A stretch of DNA of 64,000 nucleotides from the human T2T-CHM13v2.0 reference genome, Homo sapiens: assembly GCF_009914755.1 (NCBI RefSeq), contig NC_060933.1; one strand, given 5' to 3'. Within the stretch, counting starts at the first letter, position 1; every line of letters starts with the position of its first letter. This document shows, one piece after another, positions 31,222 through 44,900 of the stretch. A program made the translations under genes and the position numbers. Under the pieces are notes generated by a model, which was not told where the DNA came from, did not search any database, and saw only the letters and a list, made by a program, of their open reading frames with translations.

Positions 31222-32394
31222 TGATTTGGGACTTTTTGAGTTGATATTTGGATTAGAATTGGGTCTTAGAGTTGATGCTGGAATGGGTTGACTTTTAGGG
31301 ATGTCGGGATGGAGTAGATGTATGTTGTACATGGGATGGACATGAATCTTGGGGAGCCAGAGGGGTTGAATTGTGTTCCCCCAAAGCTCATGCTGACCCA
31401 AAACTTCAGAGTGAAACCTTATTTGGAAAGAGAGTCTCTGTAGATGCAAGCAAGATAAGGTCATACCGGATTAGGGTCGACCCTAATCCAGCGACTGGTG
31501 TCCTTGTAAGAAAAGGGAAATTTGGACACAGAACCAGAGAGGACAGTGCTGTGGACACGCAGACACAGGGAAGAAGCCAGGCGAAGGCAGAGGCAGAGGC
31601 TGGAGGCAAGCATCTACAAGCCAACGGACGGCAAGGATTTCCAGCCACCACCAGAAGCTGGGGAAGAAGCCGACAACAGATTCTCTCAGAGCCTCCAGTT
31701 AGAACCAATCAACCTTGGTTTTGGCCCTTTAGCATGACAAACTGTAAAAACAATAAATTCTGTCTTAAGCCATCCAATCTTAAGTACTTTGTTATAACAG
31801 CCCTAGGAAACTAACACAGATTAGGGGGCAAACGGAGATGGCCTAGACAAAATAATTAAGGTCAAGAGAAAAGGAGACAGTGGTAGATGTCAAACCACAT
31901 AAAACCACTTTGTTTAAAATATAAACTGAGTACTCTAGAAGCTCATGAGGAAAAACAAAACAAAAGCAAAAACCTAGAAGCTTTGATAACTAAGCTGATT
32001 AGGTTTTACAAACGCTGCTGCCAACGTAAGCAGAAGTGGCTTACACAGGAGCCTTTTCTCCTCAGTGGGTCTGTTTACAAAACCATCCTTGAATTCCAAG
32101 CTTTGCCCAGTCACCTCACCATGACTGGTAAACAAAATGCATTTTACAACAGGGGAAAAACAGATGAACTGAAATCACCCCCCAAGAACATTCCTGCCTC
32201 TTCACTGAAGTCATCTTAAATCTCCACAGAAAGCCTAATTTTTAGAGTACATTAGAAAGGGTAAGTAAAAAAAGAACTGTACCTTTTCAAAAAGATACAG
32301 CAATGTATAAAGGAATCATCTCAGTCACTTCTAGAATCTCCTAGTGGCTCAGTGTGTGCCTCTCACCTTACTTCACACCAGATATACCATAGGC

Positions 32395-32611
32395 CAAGCT
32401 TGTCCAACCCATGGCCCGTGGGCCACAGTGCAGCCCAGGACAGTTTTAAATGCAGCCCAATGCAAATTCATAAGCTTTCTTAAAACAGAATGAGATTTTT
32501 TGCAATTTTTTTTAAGCTCATCAGCTATTGTTAGCGTTAGTGTGTTTAATGTGTGGCTCAAAACAATTCTTCCAATGTGGCCCAGGAAAGCCAAAAGATT
32601 GGATACCCTTG
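32395..32611. mobile_element. MER30 (hAT-Charlie)
   Basis: caagcttgtccaacc...gccaaaagattggatacccttg; 8-bp TSD ccataggc/ctgtaggc. Confidence 0.9.
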
Positions 32612-32636
32612 CTGTAGGCTAATTCACCCCACACAA

Positions 32637-32960
<324 letters not shown>

Positions 32961-34021
32961 TAGCATGACTCTGTTACAGGGTGAAATTGTAGGCAAGATG
33001 TGTTCCTTCATTTCTTCAGGACTGCAAGGAAATGATAGTAAAGACATAGATTGTAGAGATGAGGTAAAGGCAAGTCTGAAATTTGGTGCCTACTGTGTTT
33101 TCCTATGTAATCCCATAGAAATTTAAACTGATTGCTTTAAAACTTTTTTTAATCATATATATATGAGTATAGGTGCCACAAGTTCATAATAAAGTTGTCC
33201 TTAAGGGTCCATACTAAAGCCCATGCAATTCTGGCATTTTACTAGCTAAATTCCTTCTTCACAGATCCACGAGAGACCCATCTGACACAGAATTTTTCTC
33301 TTTATCATCATGTCATGTTGTAATTTGGTATCAATTATTTTAAATAAACTCTTATTTCTAATCTAGTTGCTTAATGAACTCAGACATAGTATTATTCTCC
33401 TCTGGATTTGCATTCCAATATACCATATAAAATTTTACTTCCTCTTCCTCTCTCTTTCCCGCCTCATTATTTTCCTCTGGTTTTCAGCAGATTTGTATTT
33501 TAAGTAACTGGTGGTGAGGGGAAAGCAAATGGCAGCTTGACACCAGCACTTTATGGGAGCACATTGCTGGCTGGGCCATTAGCATTGTGCTCACGAGCCA
33601 TCACTTAGTTCCCAAGAAGGGTGAACTCCCAGAACAAACAAACAAAACCCACTGAATTCTCTGAGTAGTCTGCAGCAATTAGTGAAAACATTTCCTGAGA
33701 CTGGGAATTCTTGAAACGCTGGCCACTGTAAACCCAATGTCCCCATTGCTCCAATGAAGAAATTAACTGGGTCTCTTAGCGGAAAGAGAAAATGTATGAC
33801 TTCCTTTTCTCAGCGCCGGAAATAAGGAACCTAAATAACAGCCCAAACTTTGGAATCCCTGCACACTGGGTAGCCTCACGCTACCACCATGAGAGAAGTC
33901 CTGCAGAAAGAAGACCGGGGGCTAACTAAATTCCTTAAACTCCTCTCAGTGATCCCCACACCCCAGGGAACAAGAGCTTCTTCTGGCATCTGACCAAAGC
34001 ACTGAGGGAATCTTTGTGCTA

Positions 34022-34360
<339 letters not shown>

Positions 34361-35117
34361 TTAATAGGCTGATGGGTTGGATTTGGAAGGGACTGCCAAA
34401 TGGTTATGCAGTTTTCGGTTACAGAGCAGTGCCAGCCCAAGCCTCACGCAAGTGCCATCCTCAGTCCAGGGAAATGCTTCCCCACATCCTTGCCCTAAGT
34501 CCTTGAAAAACAGGCAACCATGTCTGAAAGACCTAAGCATTTGAAAGCTTTGTCACTGCGAAGATGGCAGTGGCAGTGATAGGGCTGCGTCAGGGTGCAG
34601 GGAGGGTTTGAGCCATAGGAACACTTGGAGGAGAGAAAAAGGCTCATGAATCAGTCAACTCCTTCCTTTCAGATACACAAATATTCTTCATCCCTGCACA
34701 AGAAAGCACCATTTCCCAGAGGTGCCAAATGTCTATGTGCTTGCTTCTTTTCATGTCTCAACACGCAGTTCAGGAGGTCCTCAAAACTCACAACACTTGC
34801 ACATGGCAGCCAAGGAACGTGTTACAGTATGAAGCCATCCCTATTGTTCTTAAATGTGCATTAGAGGTCCAGATACAACATATGTGAAAAATGACATCAA
34901 AACTCTACATTCATATTAGATTGAGAGTTTATTTGAAAAGGTAGTAAAAGTTGCAGTATAAGTGATAGCAATTTAGACAACAATTAAAATATTTGCTAAT
35001 ATTTTCTTTGATAAAGATAATTTATCATATGGCACCCCTTTACCATGTTTGGAACATGATGTGTCCTATTCATGGCTCCTCACAACCACACACACTTGAT
35101 GAAATATATGCTATTGC

Positions 35118-35538
35118 TGATACAGGTCAGACCTGTGTCCCTACCCAAATCTCACATTGAATTGTAATCCCCAGTGTTGGAGGTGGGGCCTGGTGGGAGA
35201 TGACTCGATCATGGGGGTGGTTTCTCATGAATGGTTTAGCACCCTCACCTTGGTGCTGTTCTCATGAGAGTTCTTGCAAGATCTGGTTGTTTAAAAGTGT
35301 ATGGCACCCCTCCCTCCTCACTCTCTCTTGCTCCTGCTCTGGCCACATGAAGTTCCTGCTCCCCCTTTACCTTCCACCATGATTGTAAGTTTCCTGAGGC
35401 CTCCCCAGAAGCCGAGCAGATGTCAGCATCATGCTTCCTGTACAGCTTGTGGAAACGTGAGCCAATTCAACCTCTTTTCTTTATAAATTACCCAGTCTCA
35501 GGGATTTCTTCATAGCAATGTGAAAACAGACGAATACA
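35118..35538 (+). mobile_element. MST (MSTA/B) MaLR solo LTR inserted in a MIR (MIR resumes approx. 35539-35650)
   Basis: tgata...cccaaatctc...gacgaataca termini; cattttacagataagaaac MIR core follows. Confidence 0.92.
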
Positions 35539-36039
35539 ATTATCATCTTCATTTTACAGATAAGAAACCTAAGATTCTAATTGGTTAAATAATCTCTGCA
35601 AGCTCACAGTCGGCAAGAGAAAGAACTGGGATTTACTCAGAATTGAACTACAATGACCAACTCAATTATTAGAGAAAAATGTCTTGGTCTGATCTAAAGG
35701 GGACAAACACAAAGTTCACAGTCACACACTGAACCTCAAACCTCAGCCAACCCACTGTCTTGCAGGCTCAGGCTGCTGGGGCACATGGGAGAACCCCCAG
35801 ATGGGGGAGTGTCCTCACACACAGTCTCACTGGCCTTGTTTCAGCCGCCAGAGACAGGATAGGTAGACACTGTCCTCCCATCTCAGAGACCAGAAAACTG
35901 GTAATTAGTCAGGGGACAAGCCAAGGTTGGGTGCAGATGCAGAATTGGGGCTGGAAGTCAGGTGTCAATGCCTTGGCCTTCAATGTTCACCACAGACATC
36001 ACATATCCTAGAAAGGATTTCCTTCCCCTGCATGCCACC

Positions 36040-36250
36040 AACAGTTAGCCCTGCCTGCTTTAGGCCCTCAAAGTGCCTTGGATACCCAGAAGCAGCACAT
36101 CGCCTAAATGCTTGCTTGCAAATATATCTCTCACCATACCTTTCATCCAGTAAAGGCAGGGCCCGAGATTCACACATTTGGGCACCACGAACAATGTGCC
36201 TGCTTTATAGAAAGCACCCAAAGAAATGGTCAATGAAGGATTGAATGGAA
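36040..36250 (+). mobile_element. L2 3'-end fragment
   Basis: aaggcaggg...aatgtgcctg...atgaaggattgaatgg. Confidence 0.5.
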
Positions 36251-37124
36251 CAAACATGAGAAGTCAGCAGCTTTCCCCCATAGGTCTTATATCATGGACA
36301 ACCTCAGAAAAACGAGACATGAATTGAACAAGGATAAACTGTGATGAGACCACGTGCCCCTGGGAGCCACCATTTCATAATGACTCTTGGCTGCACAAAC
36401 CCTATATGAGAAGTGAGGACCTGTAGAAAGACCTTATACTGTCCAAGCTTGATTCAAAGTCCCAAGTCAGATTAGCTCTCTACTCCTGCAGCATCTTGGA
36501 GTCCCTGCATGTGACTATGATACTGCCACGTCGGTCTCTTATTCCACCCGGCAGAGTTGAGCTACAATCCAGTGCTAGATTACCCCAAGCGAACATTAAT
36601 ATGGCTACATTTACACATTGTGAAGCTGATGTGAATGCAGAGATTATGTAATCACCTCAAGACAGGCTGTGGTTTTGGTCCTGAAGCCAGAAAAATCACT
36701 CAAGACACACCCAAAAATCTACACTAAGAGAATCTTTTTGCTAATAAGAGCCATTCACTTACAATGTTATTAATAGTTAAAGCTAACCCCACCACCAGCC
36801 CCAAACACACAAACATTTTTTAAAAGCCACCCATTTTTTATTTCAGACATGGAGTATTTCAAAAAGAAAACGTTAGAAGTGATTTTAAGGGTTCATACAA
36901 GAGAAGATATAGATGTATTCAATAAATACCCATATTTTAAAATATTCTTTAGTTTTAAATTGTGGTTGTTCAAAGAATTAAAAAACCAAATGCGGGGCAA
37001 AAGAGGGCAGAGTAAAGGCAAAGAAGAGAGACTGAAAGACACACAGCACCGAGGGCTGAGAGAGCAAAGAGACTCACCTTGCGGAGATCCTCCACTCTCA
37101 TTTAAGCCTCAGCATCACCCAGCT

Positions 37125-37240
37125 AGTGTATTTTTTTTTTCCAGAAGGGAAATGGAAAATCAGAAAGATTAAATTGGTTGTCCAAGGTCACTCAGTTTGG
37201 AAGTGTCGTGGCCTGGGTCCAAATGCAGGTTTATGTTGGT
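37125..37240 (-). mobile_element. MIR fragment
   Basis: ttttccagaagggaaatgg...ttgtccaaggtcactcag. Confidence 0.7.
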
Positions 37241-38190
37241 GTATGCACATCCCAGGATAGCACCCCTAGTTATGAGCTGGTTTTTACACTGCTTATTTCC
37301 CCCAAGTACATGGTCTCATCCATCGCTCCCATCAGCTTAAGTGCAGTCTTCACCTGGTACAGAGATTTCAATCCCTGGAACTTTAGCTTTCAGCCTGCAG
37401 AGATCTGCTATAAATAAGATGGTCCCAGCAGCAGGTGAATGCAGGGGAAGGTAGATGATGGCATCAATCTGTCTTATAATGACAGCAGTGACCAGGACCA
37501 CAGGGACCAGTTTAACTCAAGCTAAGGATCTCAGTTGAGTTTCCTCACTTGTTCTAAACAGAAACTCAACACTCAGACATCAAGTATATGACTGTTCATT
37601 TATTCACAAAAAGCAAAAGAAAAATCCAAAGGGTATGATTTTTAGAGTGAAAATTATTGGTGACTGGAGGACTCGGTGACTTAGATCCTACATCCTACCT
37701 AACTACCTATTAGAATATGTGGTTTGTTTCAGTAGCATGCGTCCGCTCTGCCTTGTTTTTTTATCTCTTTGTGAGGAATTTCTCACCCGCACCCCCACAA
37801 AATGCATGTGCTGGTGGAGGGTCCTCTGCAGCCTGAACGGCTACACACAGTGAAGACAACAGGAACCCTCACCCTGGCAGCAGCTTTTTGGTTTACAAGG
37901 AGTGGGAGGTCTTTTAACTGAAAGGTGAATTTTGGTGTCTGGTTCCAAAGGGATTCACTTAGATGTAATGAGGCTAGGGGTGGAGGGGTCACAGTCCAGA
38001 GGGCTTGCAATCCTGGACCCAATCCAAAAAGTCACAGAGTAAAAGAGAGAATAAAATTACAATTCCGTCTCTAGACTCTGTTTCAAATATAATTAGGGGA
38101 AACGGCTCTTCTCCATTTAGTTTTTCTCTGTTTTCATATTTGAAAATAAAATCCAACAATGGTAATAAGTACTTTTAAACTTTCAGCACC

Positions 38191-38492
38191 ATATATATAT
38201 ATTTTGGAGACAGAGTCTTGCTCTGTTGCTCAGACTGGAGTGCAGTGACATGATCTCAGCTCACTGCATGCAACCTCCGCCTCTGGGTTCAAGCAATTCT
38301 CGTGCCTCAGCCTCCCCAGTAGCTGGGATTAGAGGCGTGTGCCACCACACCTGGCTAATTTTTGTATTTTTAGTAGAGACAGGGTTTCGCCATGTTGCCC
38401 AGGCTGGTCTCAAACTTCTGAGCTCAGGCCATCCTCCTGCCTCAGCCTCTCAAAATGCAAGGATTACAGGCGTGAGCCACCATGGCTGGCCT
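38191..38492 (-). mobile_element. AluJb-like with (TA)n tail
   Basis: gttgcccaggc and tgagctcagg...atcctcctgcc diagnostics. Confidence 0.92.
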
Positions 38493-40268
38493 GGCGCCTG
38501 ATATATTTGAGATAGTTGCTCACCATCATCCAACTGCAACTGTCCTTTGTCATAAAATCAGCGGCAAGCTTCTGGGGAAGGCACCCTGGCCAGTAATACA
38601 TTCACTAGAAGACTTAACGTCCCTTTCTCTGCGTGGATCCTCTCTGACCTCTCAGCAGGGGATAAAACTGCTCCTGGTCTAAGACTCCCATAATCTCCCA
38701 AGTCTCCTGCTATACAGCTTTGCCTTGGATCCTCTGCCTCCCCTCTCCCCCTAAACTTGAGATATTTCCTTTTCCAGGGCGGACACTCAATTACTGGTTA
38801 ACTTGAACATAGAGACCTTGCTAGTTGGCACATACAGATAATTTCTTTTCTATAAAGCTCACCTCCACAAGCTTCCTGTTTACTGTGAGTGACAGCTGTG
38901 AGCCTTTGACCTTGCAGGTTGGGAGTTTTCCTACAAGACGCTTGCTCCTGGCCTTCCACTCAACTAGCATTTCCCAAACCTCAATTATCTGTGTACCAAC
39001 CTTGTGATTTTTCTCATACGCATATGTCACCTGTGTGATTATTTAATATTTAGCTTTATTATTTCAATAAACTTGTAATGAAAAAACCTGTCACAAGTGA
39101 AAGACCAGTATTATTTGCCACGATCAAACTAAATATAACAAATGACTTCAGCAATATTTCAAATAAAAACATCCTGTCTATCACCAGTGATCTGGGAACC
39201 ACATTTTGGAAAATAATACACATGAATTATCATTTCTTATGTGAAATTTACCCGTTTACTTTTCATCCTTAAAGGAGATTCCTCCACTCTTCTCTCTCGA
39301 GTCTTCCGAAATTCTACCCATGAACCTCATCCCAATACAAAATAACCAAGGATTGAAACTCATATAAGTACAAAAGGCCTTTAGGAGCCAGGAGGAAACA
39401 GAGGCCAAAGCAACATAAATCTTTCCCAAGTGATAGTCCAAGGACATCAAAACAGAAAGCCAATTGTTCTAATGTTTACATAAAATTCAGAAAGACTGCC
39501 TCCCAGAGAGCCAAAGCAGGCTGATAAAGCTTCCCAGATAGGAAGCACCATCTCCCAATTGTGATGTGTTCTGAAACCATCGTGAGAAGCCACTGTTTGT
39601 AGGTCAGTTTTGCATGAGACAATGTAAATAGAACAAAAGAAGTCAGAACAAGAATGAGCACACAGTTCTGGATGTTGCTCATGCTGTCTAAATCATCTAT
39701 GTGCCCAACAGGCGGAAGACAGACATGCGCATAACGGATGTGACCAGCAGGTTGGCTCTCTAAGGACAGGGATCTTTTTTTTTCTCGTTTCCTGATATCT
39801 TTGGAGCCTAAAAGAGCAGAGTAAGAGCCTAATAAAATATTCATGAATGGGTGTTTATTGGCTGTAGACAGTCAGGATGGCTTCTGTTTTGAAAAGCAAC
39901 AAGGAGGTGGATTTCCCGCTCAGAGTGGATGAGTCTGTTGTGTATGCAAAGCAACCTCACCAGTGAGCAGGCGCTCTGATGAAGACACTTGAGGCCAGGT
40001 GCCAGCACACTGGAAGGCTCAGGTTCCATTTCAGGGCTTTTTAATGGGGGGATAAAGGACTTAAGAAAATTCCTTTTGTAATCTTTAGGAAGGAGCGGTT
40101 CTCAGCAGCAAAGAGGCCTGCCCAGAGGACGGTGCCAGGCCCTTGGGGGCACTCTGCTTGGCCCCAGAGAACTCATGGCTGACCTTGGGCAGTAGCTACC
40201 CATGCAGCAGGAGTTTCTGCACCTGTGTGTACTGCAACCCTGGGGCTTGTTTAAAATACTGATTTATG

Positions 40269-40585
40269 GGCTGGGTGCGGTGGCTCACGCCTGTAATCCC
40301 AGCACTTTGGGAGGCGGAGGCGGAGGCGGGAGGATCACGAAGTCAGGAGATCAAGACCATCCTGGCTAACACGGTGAAACCCCGTCTCTACTAAAAATAC
40401 AAAAAATTAGCCGGGTGTGGTGGCGGGCGCCTGTAGTCCCAGCTACTCGTGAGGCTGAGGCAGGAGAATGGCATGAACCCGGGAGGCAGAGGTTGCACTG
40501 AGCTGAGCCGAGATCGCGCCATTGCACTCCAGCCTGGGCGACATGCGAGACTCTGTCTAGGAAAACAAAAACAAAAAACAAAAAA
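40269..40585 (+). mobile_element. AluY/AluSc8-like
   Basis: ccatcctggctaacacggtg, agaatggc; 13-bp TSD atactgatttatg (40256-40268 / 40587-40599); gaggcg triplicated. Confidence 0.95.
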
Positions 40586-40644
40586 GATACTGATTTATGA
40601 GAGAATCAGCTAATGCTGAGAGAAATTCCAAATGACTCCCTACC

Positions 40645-40810
40645 TAAGTGCAGGACAGCATCCAATGAGGGAGACGATGCTCATTAAAAATGCAGATTCT
40701 TGGGCCCCTTGTCAGGTCTAATAATTTTGACAGATTTGAAAATATACATTTTTCACCAGTATTCCAGGGGTTTGGATGCACCCGGTCCACAGGCTGGTTG
40801 GGAAACACTT
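40645..40810. mobile_element. MER5A-like fragment
   Basis: ttaaaaatgcagattcttgggcccc...ggttgggaaacact. Confidence 0.5.
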
Positions 40811-41354
40811 CTCTGGGGCCCTTCAAAGGGGAACCTGTGCTAATAGAATATGCCTGGGACTGGAATGCTCAAGCTATTGCATTACATTCAGTTTAGTTGT
40901 TTTTTTTTTTTTTTTCCAAGCAAGTTCCAATTTTATTTCTGCATGAATAAAATACCCCTCTGGAGCTCTGTTTTTCAATTTCCGGGGGAAAACATTTTTA
41001 AAGTGCCGATAAGATTCACTTCTTCAAGTTACTCCTGCTAGTTTCTGTCCAGCCCCTACATCACCATCACAGCCAGGTCACTCTCCCAGCTTCTGTTCTC
41101 GCAAATAGAGGAGGTGCTATTTTTCACCATAAAAGGAGAAGTAGCAATAATTCTAGGCAACAGAGAACTGGAAACAATTGGAGACAGGGTTCATGGCTGC
41201 TGTCTCAACAAAAGAGATTAATACAAGGCTTTCAAAATAAAAAAGGAGAGTTGAAAGAAACTAAGTGACGAGGCTCAATACACAGTTTAAGATTAAAAAA
41301 CAACAGCAGAACAATGGAGCAGAATTCAAAATATGTTGTATTATTTTTGTTAGG

Positions 41355-41662
<308 letters not shown>

Positions 41663-41959
41663 TAGTCTCTTGATTCGTTAATCTGCAAAACCATCTTTAT
41701 TGCCTAACCAAGAAGAGCAGCAATTCCAAATATTTCCTGCTACTTTCTATCATCTTTGGGTCTCATTTTGATAAAGAATTTTCAAGTCCTAACTTGATTT
41801 GTGAGAGTACCTCTTATATCAGACAAAGTCAATGGGTCATGCTAACAAGTTTTAATCACAGAGAATTTTTGAATAATTATTTTTCTAATTTGAGATATCA
41901 AAAATAATATATTTCTCCTATTTGCCATATGTGCATGTTTTTTTACATCTGCATGCATC

Positions 41960-44900
41960 TTTTTTATGGATACAAAGTATTTTACATATTTATGGGGTAC
42001 CTATGAATATCTGTTACATGCATAAAATCAAGCCAGGGTATTTGGGGTATCCATCACCTTGAGTATTTATCATGTCTCTGTGTCAGTAACATTTCAAGTC
42101 CTCTCTTCTAGCTACTTTGAGTATACAATACACTGTTGCTAATTATGGTCACTCTACTTTGCTATCAAATATTGAGCTTATTTCTTCTATCTAACTGTAT
42201 GCTTGTACCCACTAATCAACCTCCCTTCATCCTCCCCTCCCAACCACACCCCCTTCCTGGCCTTTGGTATTTATTATTCCATTCTCGGCTCCACAAGACC
42301 AAGTGTTTTATCTCCCACCTATGAGTGAGAACATGCAGTACCTGCCTTGTTTTGCCTGGCTTATCCCACTTAACATAATGACCTCCATTTACATCCATGT
42401 TGCTGCAAATGACATGATTTCGTTCTTTTTCTATGGCTGAATAGTATCCCACTATGTATATATACCACACTTTCTTTATCCATCTGTCCATCAATGGACA
42501 CTTAGGTTGATTCCTTATCTTTGCTATTGTGAATAGGGCTGTGATAAACATGCAAGCGCAGGTATTCCTGTGATATACAGATTTCTTTTTTCTTTGGATT
42601 AATACCTAGTAGTAGATTGCTGGATTGTATGGTAATCTATTTTGAGTTGTTGGAGAATTCTCCATACTGTTTTCCATAGTGGTTATATTAGTTTACATTC
42701 CCACCAACAGTGTATGAGTTCCCTTTTCTCTGCATCCTTGCCAGCATGTCATTTTTTGTCTTTTAGTAGTAGCTATTCTAACTAGGGAATGGTAGTATCT
42801 CACTATGGTTTTGATTTGCATTTCCTGACAATCAGTGATGTTGAACATTTTTTCACATACCTGTTGGCCATTTGTATGCCTTCTTTTAAAAACATTCATA
42901 TTCATATTCTTAGCCCACTTTTTAATGGCATTATTTAAGTTGTTGAGTTATTTGAGTTCCTTGTATATTCTGGATATTAATCCCTTGTTGATCAATAGTT
43001 TGCAAATATTTTCTCCCATTCAACAAGTTGTTTTATTCACTCTGTTGACTGTTTCCTTTGCTGTACAGAAGCTTCTTTTTTTTTTTTTTTCCCTTAAAGA
43101 GACAGGGTTTCATTCTGTTGCCCAGCCCAGAGTGCAGAGGTACAATCTTAGCTTACTGCAGCCACAAATTCCTGGGCTCAAGTGATCCTCCTGTCTCAGT
43201 CTCCCAAGTAGCTGGGACTACAGGTGAGTGCCACCACACCCAGCTAATTTTTTAAAATTTTTTTATAGAGACAGCATTTCACTGTGTTGTCCAGGGTGGT
43301 CTTGAAATCCTGACCTCAAGTGATCCTCCTGCCTTGGCCTCCAAACATGTTGGGATTACAGGTGTGAGGCATCGCTTCTGACCTGTTCTTTTTGCTCAGG
43401 ATTGCTTTGCTTTGGCTATTCAGGCTCTTTTTTGCTTCCACATGAAACTTGGGATTTTTTTTTCTCATGCCGTGAAATATGATGTTGGTATTCTGATAAG
43501 GATTGCATTAAACCTGTGGATTACTTTTGGAAATATGGTCATTTTAATTATGTTAATTCTTCCAATCCATGAGCATGGATGTCTAATTCCATTTGTTTCC
43601 TTTTCAATTTATTTCAGTAGCATTTTGTAGTTTTCCTTGCAGAGATCTTTCACCTCACTGATTAAATTTATTCCTAGGTATTTTATTTCTTTATAGCTAT
43701 TGTAAATAGCATTGCTTTCTTGATTTCTTTTTCAGCTGGTTCACAATTGGTGTATAGATATGGTACTAATTTTTGTATGTTGATTTTGTGTCCTATAACT
43801 TTAGGGAATGTATTTATCAAATCTAGGAGTTTATTTTGGTGGTCTTTAGGTTTTCCTAGGTATGAAATCATATCTTGTTTATAGATTATAACATTTCAAA
43901 TGTCTAATAAAATGTGTCTCCTTCAGGCACACTCAGGAAAAAATAAGCTTATATCACCCACAAAGAGGTACAATTTGACTTCCTCTTTTCCAATTTGGAT
44001 GCCTTTGATTTCTCTCTTTTGCCTGACTGCTCTGGCTAGGACTTCCAGTACTATGTTGAATAGGAGTGGTGAAAGTGGGCATCCTTGTCTTGTTCCATAC
44101 CTTAGAAGAAAGAGCTTCACCTTGTCCCAGTTCAGTATGATGTCAGCTGTGAGGTTTTCATAGCTTTATTATTTCAAGGTATGTATGTTCCTTCTATTTC
44201 TAGTTTGTTGAGTTTTTATCATGAAGGTATGTTGAATTTTGTCAAATGCTCTTTCTCCATTTATGGAGGTAATAACATAGTTTTTGTTCTTCATTCTATT
44301 GATGTGATATATCACGTTTATTGATTTGCATATGTTGGACCATTCTTGTATCCCTGGTATAAATTCTAGTTGGTCATGGTGCATTATGTTCATGATGTGC
44401 TGTTGGATTTGGTTTGCTAGTATTTAGTCGAAGACTTTTTGCACCTATGTTCATCAGGGATATTCGCCTGTTGTTTTCTTTTTCTGTTGTGTCCTTGCCT
44501 GGTTTTGGTATCAGGGTAATGCTGACCTTGTAGAATGAGTTAGGGAGAGTTCCCTCCTCTTCAATCTTTTGGAATAGTTTCAGGAAGATTGGTATTAGTT
44601 CTTCATTATACATTTGGTAGAGTTTGGCTGTGAATCCATTTGGTCCTGCTTTTTCTTTGTTGGGAGACATTTTTATTACTGATTCAATCCCAGTAGTTGT
44701 AATTGATTGGTTTAGGTTTTCTATTTCTTCCTGATTCAAGCTTGGTTGGTTGGTTGTATATTTACAGGAATTTATCCATTTCCTCTAGGTTTTCAGCTTA
44801 TCAGTGTATAGTTGTTCATAATAATCTCTGATGATCTTTTGTACTTCTGTCTCCTTTTTGATTTCTGATTATGTTTATTTGGGTTTTCTCTCTTCTTGGT

